Shown in pieces: positions 1 through 9,954 of a stretch of 64,000 bases of DNA. Origin of the DNA: a virus; IMG/VR virus record IMGVR_UViG_3300050821_003659, positions 11,962 through 75,961 of that record. One strand, given 5' to 3'. How positions within the stretch are numbered: position 1 is the stretch's first letter; the number at the start of each line of letters is the position of its first letter. A model generated the notes under the pieces. The model saw nothing but the letters and a program-made list of their open reading frames with translations. It was not told the DNA's origin and searched no databases. A program made the translations under genes and the position numbers.

Positions 1-525
1 CTTGGGGGCCTTCTTCGGGGCCGAAACCATGTCGTACGGTGTGGCTGTCACTTTGCCGCCTTTGTCGTAAATCTTCGCTTCCATCGCGTCCTCCGCAGGG
101 TTCTCTTTATCGAACGCCTCGCTCTTTTCATACTTCTTGTTCTGCTTCTCGGTCAGAACGCGTTCGCCTTCCTTCAGGATAGCGACGTGATGTTTTCCAT
201 CACCGACATTGACCTTGCTCTTTTTGACCTTGCCGCCTTTGTCGAAGACGGGCAGGGATTGGCCGAGAGGCTTCACCATCTCGCGAGTGTCGATCCGCTT
301 CTCGCCGGGACGGTCGCCATACTTACGACCAGAGTTCAGCCTGTCACCTGCGACAGCAGCCTCGGCGGGCTTGTCTGGAGTTTCCGCGTTGCCGAGAGCG
401 TTGCGGGTCATCTTCGCCCGCTCTGCTAATTCGTTGCCCAGACTGTCAGTCTGTTTGTTGCCTTCGCTGATGGCCTTTGCTCGGCTCTTTACTTCACCGA
501 CCAGCTTGTCGAAAATTCCCGGCAT
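1..525 (-). CDS. Hypothetical virion-associated protein, partial (runs off window start)
   Basis: ATG at 525 with GGAG RBS and an open frame to position 1. Contains repeated [FY]DKGGKV and AILKEGERVLTEKQ, resembling motifs in tape-measure/virion proteins. Confidence 0.6.
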   Translation of the reverse strand, partial: MPGIFDKLVGEVKSRAKAISEGNKQTDSLGNELAERAKMTRNALGNAETPDKPAEAAVAGDRLNSGRKYGDRPGEKRIDTREMVKPLGQSLPVFDKGGKVKKSKVNVGDGKHHVAILKEGERVLTEKQNKKYEKSEAFDKENPAEDAMEAKIYDKGGKVTATPYDMVSAPKKAPK

Positions 526-533
526 GATAGCTC

Positions 534-1049
534 CTATTTCTTGAAGAACGTCGGAAGAGTCTTCCAACGCTCACGGGCCTTAGCCCGCATCCCTGTACCG
601 GGATCGTAATCTGGGTAGAGTGAGCGAAACTTCCGCTCGGCTCCCAGCAGACTGTCGCCCATCTCTCCGATAGCTCGGAGAAACATCAGCATCAGTGTGG
701 TGCTGCGTGAGTGACCTGCGATGCAGTGCACAAGAACCTTGTCACCTGCGTCGTATCTTTCCTTGATGAACTTCAACCCCGCGTCGATCACCTCGTCGGG
801 GATCATGTCAACGTCGTCGGCGTCAATTAGGTTCAACGCCATGTGCTTCTCATCCACGCGGTAGAAGTAATAATTTTTGTCCTGCGGTGCACCGAGCGTT
901 GTGTACCCGAGGACTGCCCTGTGGCAATCGTCGGAGCCATCTTTGCACGCGGCGAGAATCGAGTACCCGCGTTTCTCTGCGATTGGCAGAGCCTCTTTGT
1001 CACCCACGTAAAGCCGTGGGATGATCTCTTCGAGAATGGCCTTGTACAT
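534..1049 (-). CDS. Dual-specificity protein phosphatase
   Basis: CX5R P-loop VLVHCIAGHSRS; N-terminal EIIPRLYVG typical of DSPs. Confidence 0.9.
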   Translation of the reverse strand: MYKAILEEIIPRLYVGDKEALPIAEKRGYSILAACKDGSDDCHRAVLGYTTLGAPQDKNYYFYRVDEKHMALNLIDADDVDMIPDEVIDAGLKFIKERYDAGDKVLVHCIAGHSRSTTLMLMFLRAIGEMGDSLLGAERKFRSLYPDYDPGTGMRAKARERWKTLPTFFKK

Positions 1050-1059
1050 CGCTCCTCCG

Positions 1060-1362
1060 TTAATCGGTCAAGATGATGCTCGACTTCGGTGCGGGCGAGG
1101 GAACCACCTTGGTTGCTACGGCGTCAGTCGGGGTAACAGTTTCTCCCGCACCCTCAGCCTTCTTCTGTGCTGCGATCTTCGCTTCCGCGACCTTCTTCAC
1201 CTGTGCCGCCATGTCAGCGACGAAAGACTTGAGAACGATGTTCGCGTAATCTGTTGCGAACTGGCATGTCGTGCTATCGAGGATGACCTTGATACCGTTC
1301 AAGTCCCATGCCTGTGCGAAGGCTTTGGTCTGCTCCAACGTGATGCTAGGAATTAGTGGCAT
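1060..1362 (-). CDS. Hypothetical protein
   Basis: 100-aa ORF with GGAGG RBS, tightly packed in the minus-strand operon. Confidence 0.7.
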   Translation of the reverse strand: MPLIPSITLEQTKAFAQAWDLNGIKVILDSTTCQFATDYANIVLKSFVADMAAQVKKVAEAKIAAQKKAEGAGETVTPTDAVATKVVPSPAPKSSIILTD

Positions 1363-1630
1363 CTGACCCTCCCTTCCATCGCGACAGAAAGTCGCTCACA
1401 TCCATCTTGTCTTCCTTCGGCTCCTCTGGGGGCTGAGGCTCAGCCGCCGCTGCGGACTGCTCTTTGTATCGAGCGACTCCGGGGGGCGGCATCGTGATCG
1501 GGATCATCTTGGTGACGACCGCGAGTGCGTATGTACAATATATACGGATCGACCACGGGCAATCTTTGTCCCTTGCGAACTGCTTCCAAAACGCAAGGAT
1601 AGTTTCTTCGTCTCGACGCTTTCGCGGCAT
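1346..1630 (-). CDS. Hypothetical protein
   Basis: 94-aa ORF with GGAGGAG RBS. Confidence 0.65.
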   Translation of the reverse strand: MPRKRRDEETILAFWKQFARDKDCPWSIRIYCTYALAVVTKMIPITMPPPGVARYKEQSAAAAEPQPPEEPKEDKMDVSDFLSRWKGGSDATNS

Positions 1631-1648
1631 CTCTCCTCCAAAATGTTT

Positions 1649-2014
1649 TTAGAACAGGGTGATGTTCGAAAGCAACGCACCCTTCTTGAATAGACCCCGC
1701 TCGGTCAGTTTCTTGTGCCAGTCGTCAAATGCCTCACCATGCTCGTCTTTGTAGTTCGTCGCGATGTGAACCATCTCGTGTGCCAGCGACGATAGCTTGA
1801 TCGACGCGGTCGGGTTCTTCGCTTTGTTGAGCAGGATTAAATACTTGTGCTTGTTGTCGGGGTTGTCGATAGGAGAGCAGGAGGCGACATCTGATTCCTC
1901 GCCCGCTCGTGCCCAGCGTACGATAACATTGTCAGGCAGTTCGTTGTTGAAGAACCGCTTGTTGATGTTCCGATACCACTTCTTGAGGCTAGCATCCGAG
2001 TGCTGGTCAGCCAT
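1649..2014 (-). CDS. SprT-like zinc metalloprotease
   Basis: HEMVH zinc motif, INKRFFNNELP N-terminus and HGEAF downstream; start MADQH chosen after GGAG. Confidence 0.8.
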   Translation of the reverse strand: MADQHSDASLKKWYRNINKRFFNNELPDNVIVRWARAGEESDVASCSPIDNPDNKHKYLILLNKAKNPTASIKLSSLAHEMVHIATNYKDEHGEAFDDWHKKLTERGLFKKGALLSNITLF

Positions 2015-2091
2015 ACTGTCTCCAAGAAACACGCGGGGGAGTGGAGAACTTATCGTCACACTCCCCACAAAGCAGGGCGTCCCCTGCGATG

Positions 2092-2382
2092 TTACTCGGT
2101 TTGAGGTGCCAGCGACAGACCGTTCGACTCGATCTGAGCGGAGTTGACTGTCGGATCGACGCCGACGCCAGAAGTGCATGCCAGCCAGTTTGCGACACCT
2201 GCGGTGCCGTCTGTGGTCAGGTCAGTCGCGTTCTGAACAGTGCCATCGATCAGCTTGATCCCGGCCTTGCCCGGAGGCACGGTGCCGAGAATGTTTCCAG
2301 AGTCGTACGGCTTGACGTTTGCAGAGTCGATGCCGTATTGGGCGACCTTCCCTGCGGTGCGTGCTGCTAAAGTTGTTGCCAT
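2092..2382 (-). CDS. Hypothetical (possible small virion) protein
   Basis: ORF MATTLAART with AGGAG RBS; Gly/Thr/Ala-rich. Confidence 0.6.
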   Translation of the reverse strand: MATTLAARTAGKVAQYGIDSANVKPYDSGNILGTVPPGKAGIKLIDGTVQNATDLTTDGTAGVANWLACTSGVGVDPTVNSAQIESNGLSLAPQTE

Positions 2383-2390
2383 GATATCTC

Positions 2391-3302
2391 CTAGCCCCAC
2401 CAATCAATCGTCAGCCCATCGGCTGCGTAATTGATCCCCGGCTTTCTCTTCGGCGTCAGTCCAACACGGTACACGTCGCCCACAGGATATTTCCAATCCC
2501 GGTTGCGATCATATTGATGGACGATGCAGAACGGCGTGTCGCTGCCCTGCGGATAGAGGATGCCGTTTCTCAAATCTGGTTTGGGGTCAAGCCAGAAATG
2601 GTTCGGGAGGTTCCCGAAGCAATATCCGACAACTGCGAAGCCTTCGCTCAGTCGGGGTACGACGGTGATGCCTTTGAAATCGTCTTCACGTGCGATGACG
2701 TTCAACGCCGCTTGCTCAACGATTTGGTGGGTGTCCCACTTGCAAATCTCGATGGTGCGGCGGAATATTTCTGCCATCTCTGCGGGCGTTCCTGCGAACG
2801 TGCCGCCGTTCAGGGCTTCCTCTTCGCGGATGCGTGCGTACGTCTCGGGAGTGAAAATGTTCTTCACCCAGTTGTCGTTGCACTGCTCGTTCTTGATGAG
2901 GTAGCTCTCTGTGGCGATGACGATCTTCTTGTCACCAACCAGATTCTTCTCCAACCAGATCGACGGGTCGGTCTGGAAGATGAGATCGCGGATGTCCATC
3001 CACATGATGTAGCGGAACTCGTGCCCTCGTTCTTTGATGAACTGATACGCGAGGGTGTCGCGATACTCGTAAAAGTTTTTGTGCATCTCGTGCCACGAAC
3101 CTGTCGGCGCCTTCTGCTCCACGTCGATTAACTCGAACCCGTACTCGATCAACTGCTGTCGCACGTTCTGTGCAAGGCTCCAAACTAACAGAATCTTGCG
3201 TCCGCGAAAGCCGCTGCGTTTGATGCTCACCATGTAGGCTTCTATCCAACTGAAGTCCACGTTGGCGAATACACCGAGTAATAGGTCGTTAGTCGCGTCC
3301 AT
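2391..3302 (-). CDS. Glycosyltransferase-like protein
   Basis: MDIRDLIFQTDP (DxxD), LNGGTFAG, EQAALN and IVHQYDR motifs of GT-A fold nucleotide-sugar transferases. Confidence 0.75.
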   Translation of the reverse strand: MDATNDLLLGVFANVDFSWIEAYMVSIKRSGFRGRKILLVWSLAQNVRQQLIEYGFELIDVEQKAPTGSWHEMHKNFYEYRDTLAYQFIKERGHEFRYIMWMDIRDLIFQTDPSIWLEKNLVGDKKIVIATESYLIKNEQCNDNWVKNIFTPETYARIREEEALNGGTFAGTPAEMAEIFRRTIEICKWDTHQIVEQAALNVIAREDDFKGITVVPRLSEGFAVVGYCFGNLPNHFWLDPKPDLRNGILYPQGSDTPFCIVHQYDRNRDWKYPVGDVYRVGLTPKRKPGINYAADGLTIDWWG

Positions 3303-4155
3303 CTCTCCCCCGAAATTCCTTGGCGTAAACCGCGAGTGCCTCTTTCCAATGCCGAGGCGTGAAGCCCTCGATCCGGCTGTTCAGAAGAACTTCGCTCTTA
3401 GGTCGTGGGGCGTGATACTCTCGCTCGAAGAACGAGGAGTTCACTCTTTGAACCGCTACCGACACTCCCAAGAGGCGAACAAACTCTTGTGCGATCTCGA
3501 ATCGGCTGGCTGAGCCATTGCAGCAGACGTGAAAGATTCCACGTCGTCCCGATGAGAGGATGCAATCGAGTGCGACCGCGAGATCGGGGAGATACGACAG
3601 AGAACCGAACTTGTCCTCGACTGCGGAGATGATTTTGTGACCAGCGGCGATTTGCCTGTAAATCTTTCCGATGAACTTCGTGTCGTCCACAGGCCCGCCG
3701 CCGAAGCACCACTCGGTGCGGAGGACGATGTGATCCCGAAGTGAGCGGGCGATGTTTTCACCCATCAGCTTCGTTTTACCGTACGTTGAAATCGGGCGGG
3801 GCAGTGAAACCGCGTCGTACGCAGGGTCTTGTCCGTCGAACACGCACGCGGAACTGAGATAGACGTACGTCGCACCTGCATGCTCAGCACAGAGGGCCGC
3901 GTTTGCGGAGCCGAGTGCGTGAAGCTGTAGGGCGACTGCGGGGAACGTCTCGCACTTCTCCATATCGCAGAGAGCCACGAGATTGATTACCGCGTCGGGT
4001 TTGAATTGTGTGATGGATTCGTTCAGGGCGTGAAAATCTTGAATGTTCACCGCACGGTGCGTCGGGGCGAGGACGGTGTGTTCGATGCTGAAGTGCTTGA
4101 TGAGGGCGGAACCAATCATGCCTGATCCGCCAAGAATGTAAATCCTCATTAGCAT
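3289..4155 (-). CDS. rfbD: dTDP-4-dehydrorhamnose reductase-like SDR
   Basis: GGSGMIG Rossmann motif, SSACVFDG, YGKTK catalytic motif, APRPKS C-terminal motif. Confidence 0.85.
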   Translation of the reverse strand: MLMRIYILGGSGMIGSALIKHFSIEHTVLAPTHRAVNIQDFHALNESITQFKPDAVINLVALCDMEKCETFPAVALQLHALGSANAALCAEHAGATYVYLSSACVFDGQDPAYDAVSLPRPISTYGKTKLMGENIARSLRDHIVLRTEWCFGGGPVDDTKFIGKIYRQIAAGHKIISAVEDKFGSLSYLPDLAVALDCILSSGRRGIFHVCCNGSASRFEIAQEFVRLLGVSVAVQRVNSSFFEREYHAPRPKSEVLLNSRIEGFTPRHWKEALAVYAKEFRGRDGRD

Positions 4156-5135
4156 CCCCCTTCTCGCATGCCCCCTTTCGGGTCGGTGTGAGCCTGAATC
4201 AAAACTTCGCCTAGCTGGATGATGTTCTCACGAGTCCAGCCTTTCGCTTTGATGATGCCGCGATAGTAAATCTGGTCATGCACCATCGAACCCGGAACCC
4301 ATGTCGGAGTCGCGTCTTCTGCTCGAAGCCACGCCTCTTGGGTGTCATAACTGAAATCGCAGATCGTGCTGTCCAATCGCATCCCGCAGTGAACTACTCT
4401 CACCTTCGGGTCTGCAAACGGTGCGGCCATCTTCGAGAGATAACCGGGGAGCATGTCGTTGTCGTCATCGAAGCAGCAGACGAGATCGCCTGTCACATAC
4501 GGATAACCACAATTCTTCGCGTAGCAAGGATTCGCTACGTCGCTGTGCTCGAACACTCTGATACGCGGATCATCGGGTAGGCTTACAACCCCATCCTTCT
4601 CGTTGTTGACAACGATCAGTTCCCAGTTTTTATGATCCTGCTCTAACAGAGTTTTCACAGTCCGCCCGATGATGTGCTGGCGGCGAAACGTTCCCATAAT
4701 GATACTGACCTTCGGCTGGTAATTCGGATCAACGACATATTGACTGTCGTCGATCAACATGAGCCAGCGGTATCGGCAGTAAGGAAAAAGTTGTGGCGGG
4801 GTCAGGTCTTCCTCAAATTCGAGGAACTCCATCGGATGCCCCTTGACCAGTCGGGTCAACTCCGCTTTGATCGCGGAGACGCGTTCACGATTCGTGACGT
4901 TGAGGAAGCAGTAGGAGACGCCGTTCGTGCCGTCGATATTGGCTGTCCACCACTCGGGAAGAGGGTAGGGCCACTTGTGCTCCTCAGGTTTGACTGGCTG
5001 TTGAGCGAACCAATCGAGCGTGAGTCCGTCCGCTGCGTAGCGACAACCGGGGGCACGATAAGGTCGGACAACAAGCGGGGGACGCTTCTGTCCCTGCGGG
5101 CCGAACGATGTGAGATTAGGCTTGACTTGCGACAT
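4149..5135 (-). CDS. Family 2 glycosyltransferase with N-terminal extension
   Basis: PKVSIIMGTFRR...WELIVVNN...FDDDN GT2 signature. Confidence 0.85.
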   Translation of the reverse strand: MSQVKPNLTSFGPQGQKRPPLVVRPYRAPGCRYAADGLTLDWFAQQPVKPEEHKWPYPLPEWWTANIDGTNGVSYCFLNVTNRERVSAIKAELTRLVKGHPMEFLEFEEDLTPPQLFPYCRYRWLMLIDDSQYVVDPNYQPKVSIIMGTFRRQHIIGRTVKTLLEQDHKNWELIVVNNEKDGVVSLPDDPRIRVFEHSDVANPCYAKNCGYPYVTGDLVCCFDDDNDMLPGYLSKMAAPFADPKVRVVHCGMRLDSTICDFSYDTQEAWLRAEDATPTWVPGSMVHDQIYYRGIIKAKGWTRENIIQLGEVLIQAHTDPKGGMREGGC

Positions 5136-5826
5136 GAAGCCTCCGCATTACATCAGGAGTGCAAGAATGGAACGACGAGATTCCTGTCGGGTCGATGTCA
5201 ATCGGCACCTTGTACCCAGTGCCCCATTGGTTCCGCATCGAAGGGATGTGGTGCATCACGACTCGATTGTCGCGTGCGACCTTCCCTATCCAAACGTCAT
5301 CTGCGTACGTCGTCACGCTCGATGAGATAACCAAGTCCATCATGCGGCGTGAAAGGAACATGCAGCCGCCCGGATGAAAATCATTCGTGGCACATGCACC
5401 TGAATAGTCGAAGTCGGCCCAATCAGTGGCGAGAAGCCTGTCGAGATAGACGAACGTGTCGTCATCGCAACGCAGGATGTGAGTGTAGCCGTGTTCAATC
5501 GCCCAGCGACAGATCGCCTTCATCTTCGCGGGGTTCTCCGTGTACTGATCGCCGCAGTCGAGGAACACCTCGTCGGCCAGCGGTTCGCGGAGCAGAGTCT
5601 TGTCGGGCACGCGTTGGTTGCGTTTCGCGTCACGCAGTTTTGTGCCGTAGAAAAATTTGTAGTCAACACCTTCGGGAAGTTTTGTGAGCCACGTCGCACG
5701 GATCGTGTTGACGCGTGCTTGCTGATCGGTGCATCGCAGGTTCTGCTGAGTGCACCAGTCCACAGTGAGATCATCGATGTAGTAATCGAGACGATGACAC
5801 GTCATGATGGCGATGAGTAGCTTCAT
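5116..5826 (-). CDS. Galactosyltransferase/Fringe-like (GT31) glycosyltransferase
   Basis: KLLIAIMT, IRATW, RCDDDTFV, GGCMFLSR and ADDVWIG motifs. Confidence 0.8.
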   Translation of the reverse strand: MKLLIAIMTCHRLDYYIDDLTVDWCTQQNLRCTDQQARVNTIRATWLTKLPEGVDYKFFYGTKLRDAKRNQRVPDKTLLREPLADEVFLDCGDQYTENPAKMKAICRWAIEHGYTHILRCDDDTFVYLDRLLATDWADFDYSGACATNDFHPGGCMFLSRRMMDLVISSSVTTYADDVWIGKVARDNRVVMHHIPSMRNQWGTGYKVPIDIDPTGISSFHSCTPDVMRRLHVASQA

Positions 5827-6319
5827 TTTCCCCTCCAGAAAAAAGTAAAGCCCACTCAACGCTTGGCAGCGGAGCGGGCTTTGATCTCGGTGGTGTCGCC
5901 GCGTTGAACGCGACGAGGAGGAGGGTCACCACCGTCTCTCGTGGATGTTTGGCGGTTTTACTTAGTTGAGCGTCCGATTAGGTAAGGATTCATCTCATTC
6001 GAGGGCACCGTCGAGCCAAAAGGTCTTCATTCTCCCTTACTATATGCACCGCTTTTCCCTTTTTCGGGAGAAGATTGTCCGTAAGTGCATGAAAAGAAAG
6101 CAAATATATTAGTTCGTTATCTCCCCGTTCTCGTCCCCTTTCTTATAACTGATGTCGAGATCGCCCCCTTTTGGGCGAGTTCCCATTGCCTGTGCCCCGT
6201 GTAGAGCGTCGAGGATCGCGGTGCCGCCGACGTACGAAACGCGTTTAGATCGCCCACGTTCCATCGACAGCCCTTCCTTGCGAAGACGCTTTTCCCAGTA
6301 CTCGGGTGAGTCTTTCTGC

Positions 6320-6520
6320 TTATGGGCCAACGGACAACTCCCCGAACGGGCGTTGCCAACCGTACTTGTCGTCCAGCACGAGTTGAGATTTCTCTTTCTG
6401 ATCTTGGGTGAGGAACACGGTGTTGTCAACCATCTTCTGATAGTTGGGGTCGCTGCTGTACTGCTCAGCGTTCTTGATGATGAAGTTCGCACGACGTTCT
6501 CGTTCGATCTCAGGTGTCAT
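6320..6520 (-). CDS. Hypothetical protein
   Basis: ORF MTPEIER overlapping the upstream stop (ATGA). Confidence 0.55.
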   Translation of the reverse strand: MTPEIERERRANFIIKNAEQYSSDPNYQKMVDNTVFLTQDQKEKSQLVLDDKYGWQRPFGELSVGP

Positions 6521-6708
6521 TGAGTCCCCTTTCGTTTCATCTCTTGACAGGCCGCACACTTCGGGTCAAACTTCCCCTCGTGGCATGCGAACTGATGATT
6601 CTGCGTGGGGCTAGTGCCCAAGAAGCGATGACGATCTCCTGTATCAACGCGACCGTACGGCTTCGTTGGGTATGTCGGCCCGACGCGGTTGTATTGCAGA
6701 AGTTTCAT
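6517..6708 (-). CDS. Small hypothetical protein
   Basis: 63-aa ORF with a purine-rich RBS, downstream of a minus-strand TTGCAA-17-GATGAT promoter-like site. Confidence 0.55.
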   Translation of the reverse strand: MKLLQYNRVGPTYPTKPYGRVDTGDRHRFLGTSPTQNHQFACHEGKFDPKCAACQEMKRKGTQ

Positions 6709-6789
6709 CTCTTCCCCCTAAGTTCATCATCGCTTTTTTGCGGGAAGATTGCAACAGAAATCTTTCAAAAAGTTTTTGTGAAATAAAAC

Positions 6790-6818
6790 TTGACATCGTC
6801 GCCGCGATGCGTCACTAT
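6790..6818 (+). promoter_or_regulatory. Sigma70-type promoter (divergent control region)
   Basis: TTGACA-17 bp-CACTAT with an AT-rich upstream tract. Confidence 0.75.
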
Positions 6819-6891
6819 GTACTTAGGGAGAAGAACGACTGCTCCCGTCTGTAGTACCCAACGCCCAATTGAGGCAGAAAAGAGATGACCT

Positions 6892-7296
6892 ATGAGTCTG
6901 ATTGTAAAAGATCGTGTGTTCGAGCAGATGACCGAAGGGCTTCACAACGTGGCAATCACGCGTGTTGAAGACCTTGGGTTGCAGGACACAATGTACGGCA
7001 GCAAAGATCAAGCCCGGATTTTCTTCACCGCTCAGGATCAGAAGGATGTCGAAGGCAAGGCAGTCGATTGCCCGATGACGGTGACCACCACCTCGCTGCA
7101 TCCCAAGAGCAAGCTGGCGAAGCTGCTCAACTCTCTCGGCATCACCGCCGACGACACGTTTGACCTGAACTCCCTTGTGGGGATCAAGTGCCAAGTCGTG
7201 ATCGAGCAGAACACGAACAAAGAGACTGGCAAGCCGTACGCCAAGATCGTCTCTGTGCTCAAGAATCGCAAGGCGTCCGCACCTACCGAGGTGTAG
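6892..7296 (+). CDS. Phage ssDNA-binding/OB-fold-like protein
   Basis: EGLHNVAITRVED...LVGIKCQVVIE...YAKI pattern of DUF669-like phage SSBs; first gene of the replication operon. Confidence 0.55.
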   Translation: MSLIVKDRVFEQMTEGLHNVAITRVEDLGLQDTMYGSKDQARIFFTAQDQKDVEGKAVDCPMTVTTTSLHPKSKLAKLLNSLGITADDTFDLNSLVGIKCQVVIEQNTNKETGKPYAKIVSVLKNRKASAPTEV

Positions 7297-7311
7297 TCGT
7301 CTACAAAGTAC

Positions 7312-7341
7312 ACGGGGTCAGCAATGGCCCCGTTCTTTTTT
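7312..7341 (+). terminator. Rho-independent terminator/attenuator
   Basis: ACGGGGTCA/TGGCCCCGT hairpin followed by a T-tract. Confidence 0.7.
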
Positions 7342-7356
7342 GTCCGAGGAGTTTTG

Positions 7357-9474
7357 ATGGCTGACCCCAAGATTGTCGCAGAGCTAAAAGCAGCCGCTGA
7401 AGACGCCCTGTCCCGTGGATTCGCGATTCTCACGTGCGAACCTCATGACAAGGCACCGTACGCCAAGTACAGTCCCCATGCGGTCAATTCATCAACCCGA
7501 AAACCAGAAGTCGCACTCGCCGCGTGGGTCGCGGGCGAGGAGGCCAACTATGGCGTTGGCTGTGGCCCCAGTAACATCACCGTGGTTGACGTGGATCACG
7601 GGATCAATAATCTCGAAGAGTTCGAAGCGTGGCGAACCAAGCACGGTCTGCCTGAGACGTTCACTGTCATCTCAGGACGTGACGGCTTTGGTGCCCACAT
7701 GTACTATTCAGGCAGTGTGCCGACCTGTGGATTCAACATTGGTGAAGTCACCGGAGAACTGAAGGGTATCGGAGGATACGTCGTCGGCCCCGGCTCGATT
7801 CACCCGAGCGGCAAGAAGTATGCGTTGCTGAAAGACGTGGCTGTAGCTCCGCTTCCAGACGGACTCGTCGCGATGGCGAAGTCTAAGACGAAAGAGAAGC
7901 TGGAGTACAAGCCGAAGGCCCAAGGTGGCGGACTGATCGCGGCGGGCAACCGCTGGATTCACCTGCAATCAAAGGCGGGCACGTTCCGCAATGCAGGGCT
8001 GGATGAGGAAGGCATTTACCTCGCTCTGAAAAACTTCGCAGAGAACAACTGCGAGGATGGAGCGAATTATCCAGACGACAAGATTCGATCTCTCGCGAAG
8101 GCTGCGGTCGGCGTGTTCGATGCGACCGAGTCCGCACCTGTCATCTTTTTCAGCGACAACAACACGAAGCTGAAGGTCGGCATCGAAGAGTTGCCAAACG
8201 ACGCCGCAGAGGGCGACTGGCTTGGTGAGATGGCTCATCACGTCTCGGACGGGACTTTTATTCCGCTATCATTTGCACGCACACAGATCAAGACGATCCT
8301 TGCCTCATCGATCAACGGACTTGTCGGCTTCCCGAGCCAGCCTGATATTCACATGAAGCAGTGGTCGGTTCTCGTCTCGTCCCAGCCCGAGTCTGGTAAG
8401 GGCGAGTCGTGGAAACGCACGGCAGAAGCGGCTCTCGCGAACTACATCAAGAAGTCGAGCGTCGGACTCCCGAAGGCAGGATACTTCTCTTCGGGTGAGC
8501 ACATGGTCAAGTACCTTGCTGATCCTGAAAACGGATTTCCCGACAACGGACTCGGCGGACGAAACGTCCTCGTGTACTTTGACGAGTTGAAGTCTCTGTT
8601 CGAGAAGGGAGCGTCTGTCGGATCGACGTTGTTCTCGAAGATGATCGAACTCTACGAACGCGACGACTCCAGTGCGGGATCACTCTCGCACGAGGGCGGC
8701 GAGTTCAAGAACATCGCACTCTCGTTCACCGGAGGTTTCACTGGATCGTCGTTCGATGCGGCGGTTGCTGGCAAAGGTGCGGGCGGCGACGGATTTCTGT
8801 CGCGTTGCGTCCTCGCGTACACTGGCGACGTGAAGCACTGCGGCGACTGGGCGGATCAGGACACTGCGGCGATCAATGCTCTCTCGCAGAAGATGCTCAA
8901 GAAGTACAGCGAGTTGTTGCAATCGTTTCTCGATAAGAAGAACGCTGATTCCGGTAAAGAGGAGTTCGATCCTCTAAAGTGGCGATACGTGCCTGTAGAA
9001 ACATCCGAAGCGAAGCAACTCCGCATGGACTTTCAGAAGTGGCTCTTTGAAAAACGCAAAGAGCACAACGAACGTCATCCGGGGTTGGGATACATGTCGC
9101 GTATCGAGGCTCACTTCAAACGCGATCTGCTGATGCGGACAGTGTTCTCTGATGACACGACGATCACTGCTGACAAGACGCAGAGGGCCATCGACTGGGC
9201 GAAGCATGAGTTGTATCTGCGTGAGGAACTCTGGCCTGTTGATCGAGGCTCTGTGGTCACTCGCATGGAGGCAACGATCATCCGGGCGTTGGAGAAGCAC
9301 GAGCACCTCACGAAGATGGAACTGCAACGCTTCTGCAACGTCAAGCGATCCGAATCAGGCGGCGTCGGAACGTTCAATATGGCGTGGAAGAACATGATGC
9401 AGGGCGGCTGCGTCGAGGTGGTTGGCAAGACGCACAAGGGCACGGAGAAGTTCGGATTGGTCGAAGGCTTCTAA
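7357..9474 (+). CDS. Bifunctional primase-polymerase with C-terminal helicase-like (DUF3987-type) domain
   Basis: ANYGVGCG, VVDVD, GAHMYY and GGYVVGPGSIHPSGKKY Prim-Pol motifs; Walker-like PESGKGES and YFDEL. Confidence 0.85.
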   Translation: MADPKIVAELKAAAEDALSRGFAILTCEPHDKAPYAKYSPHAVNSSTRKPEVALAAWVAGEEANYGVGCGPSNITVVDVDHGINNLEEFEAWRTKHGLPETFTVISGRDGFGAHMYYSGSVPTCGFNIGEVTGELKGIGGYVVGPGSIHPSGKKYALLKDVAVAPLPDGLVAMAKSKTKEKLEYKPKAQGGGLIAAGNRWIHLQSKAGTFRNAGLDEEGIYLALKNFAENNCEDGANYPDDKIRSLAKAAVGVFDATESAPVIFFSDNNTKLKVGIEELPNDAAEGDWLGEMAHHVSDGTFIPLSFARTQIKTILASSINGLVGFPSQPDIHMKQWSVLVSSQPESGKGESWKRTAEAALANYIKKSSVGLPKAGYFSSGEHMVKYLADPENGFPDNGLGGRNVLVYFDELKSLFEKGASVGSTLFSKMIELYERDDSSAGSLSHEGGEFKNIALSFTGGFTGSSFDAAVAGKGAGGDGFLSRCVLAYTGDVKHCGDWADQDTAAINALSQKMLKKYSELLQSFLDKKNADSGKEEFDPLKWRYVPVETSEAKQLRMDFQKWLFEKRKEHNERHPGLGYMSRIEAHFKRDLLMRTVFSDDTTITADKTQRAIDWAKHELYLREELWPVDRGSVVTRMEATIIRALEKHEHLTKMELQRFCNVKRSESGGVGTFNMAWKNMMQGGCVEVVGKTHKGTEKFGLVEGF

Positions 9475-9580
9475 TCGGAGTCAGAGGCTCCTGACAGACC
9501 CCCCTAAGCTCGTACGCACAAATATTCTTTTGTTTCATATATTTACAGACATACAGGGGGGTGTCACGGGAACTCTTCGT

Positions 9581-9667
9581 GACTACGATTCCCAAAACAG
9601 CCCCTAAACCTTTGAAACTAAAGAAAGAGCGGAGAAAACAACTTGACTACGATTCAGACTACGATTC
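9581..9667 (+). repeat. Three GACTACGATTC direct repeats next to an AT-rich tract (candidate origin)
   Basis: Copies at 9581, 9645 and 9657; AT-rich 9519-9546. Confidence 0.6.
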
Positions 9668-9954
9668 GCGGCAAAGAGCCAAAAGTCGTCTATCTCGATG
9701 GAAACATTGAGCTTGGATGGTTTCGGATGGGCCGGGGCGTTCCTGACGGCGTGTCTGTGGCTCCTGTAGGAGGGACAATCCACCTCCAGACCTTCCGCAT
9801 CGCGGAGTGTGCGAGGTTGAAGGATGCCCGCCTCTTTCGCGATCTGTTTCACAAACGGTTCCGGCACTGCTGGGCACGCGGCGACTGGTTTAAGAACCTC
9901 GACATCGTGGACGCGATCAAAGCATTCGACGTGTTGATGAGGAGTGAACAGTGA
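9643..9954 (+). CDS. T5orf172/Mug113-like (GIY-YIG superfamily) protein
   Basis: C-terminal HKRFRHCWARGDWF resembles the H..F....RGEWF motif. Confidence 0.5.
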   Translation: MTTIQTTIRGKEPKVVYLDGNIELGWFRMGRGVPDGVSVAPVGGTIHLQTFRIAECARLKDARLFRDLFHKRFRHCWARGDWFKNLDIVDAIKAFDVLMRSEQ

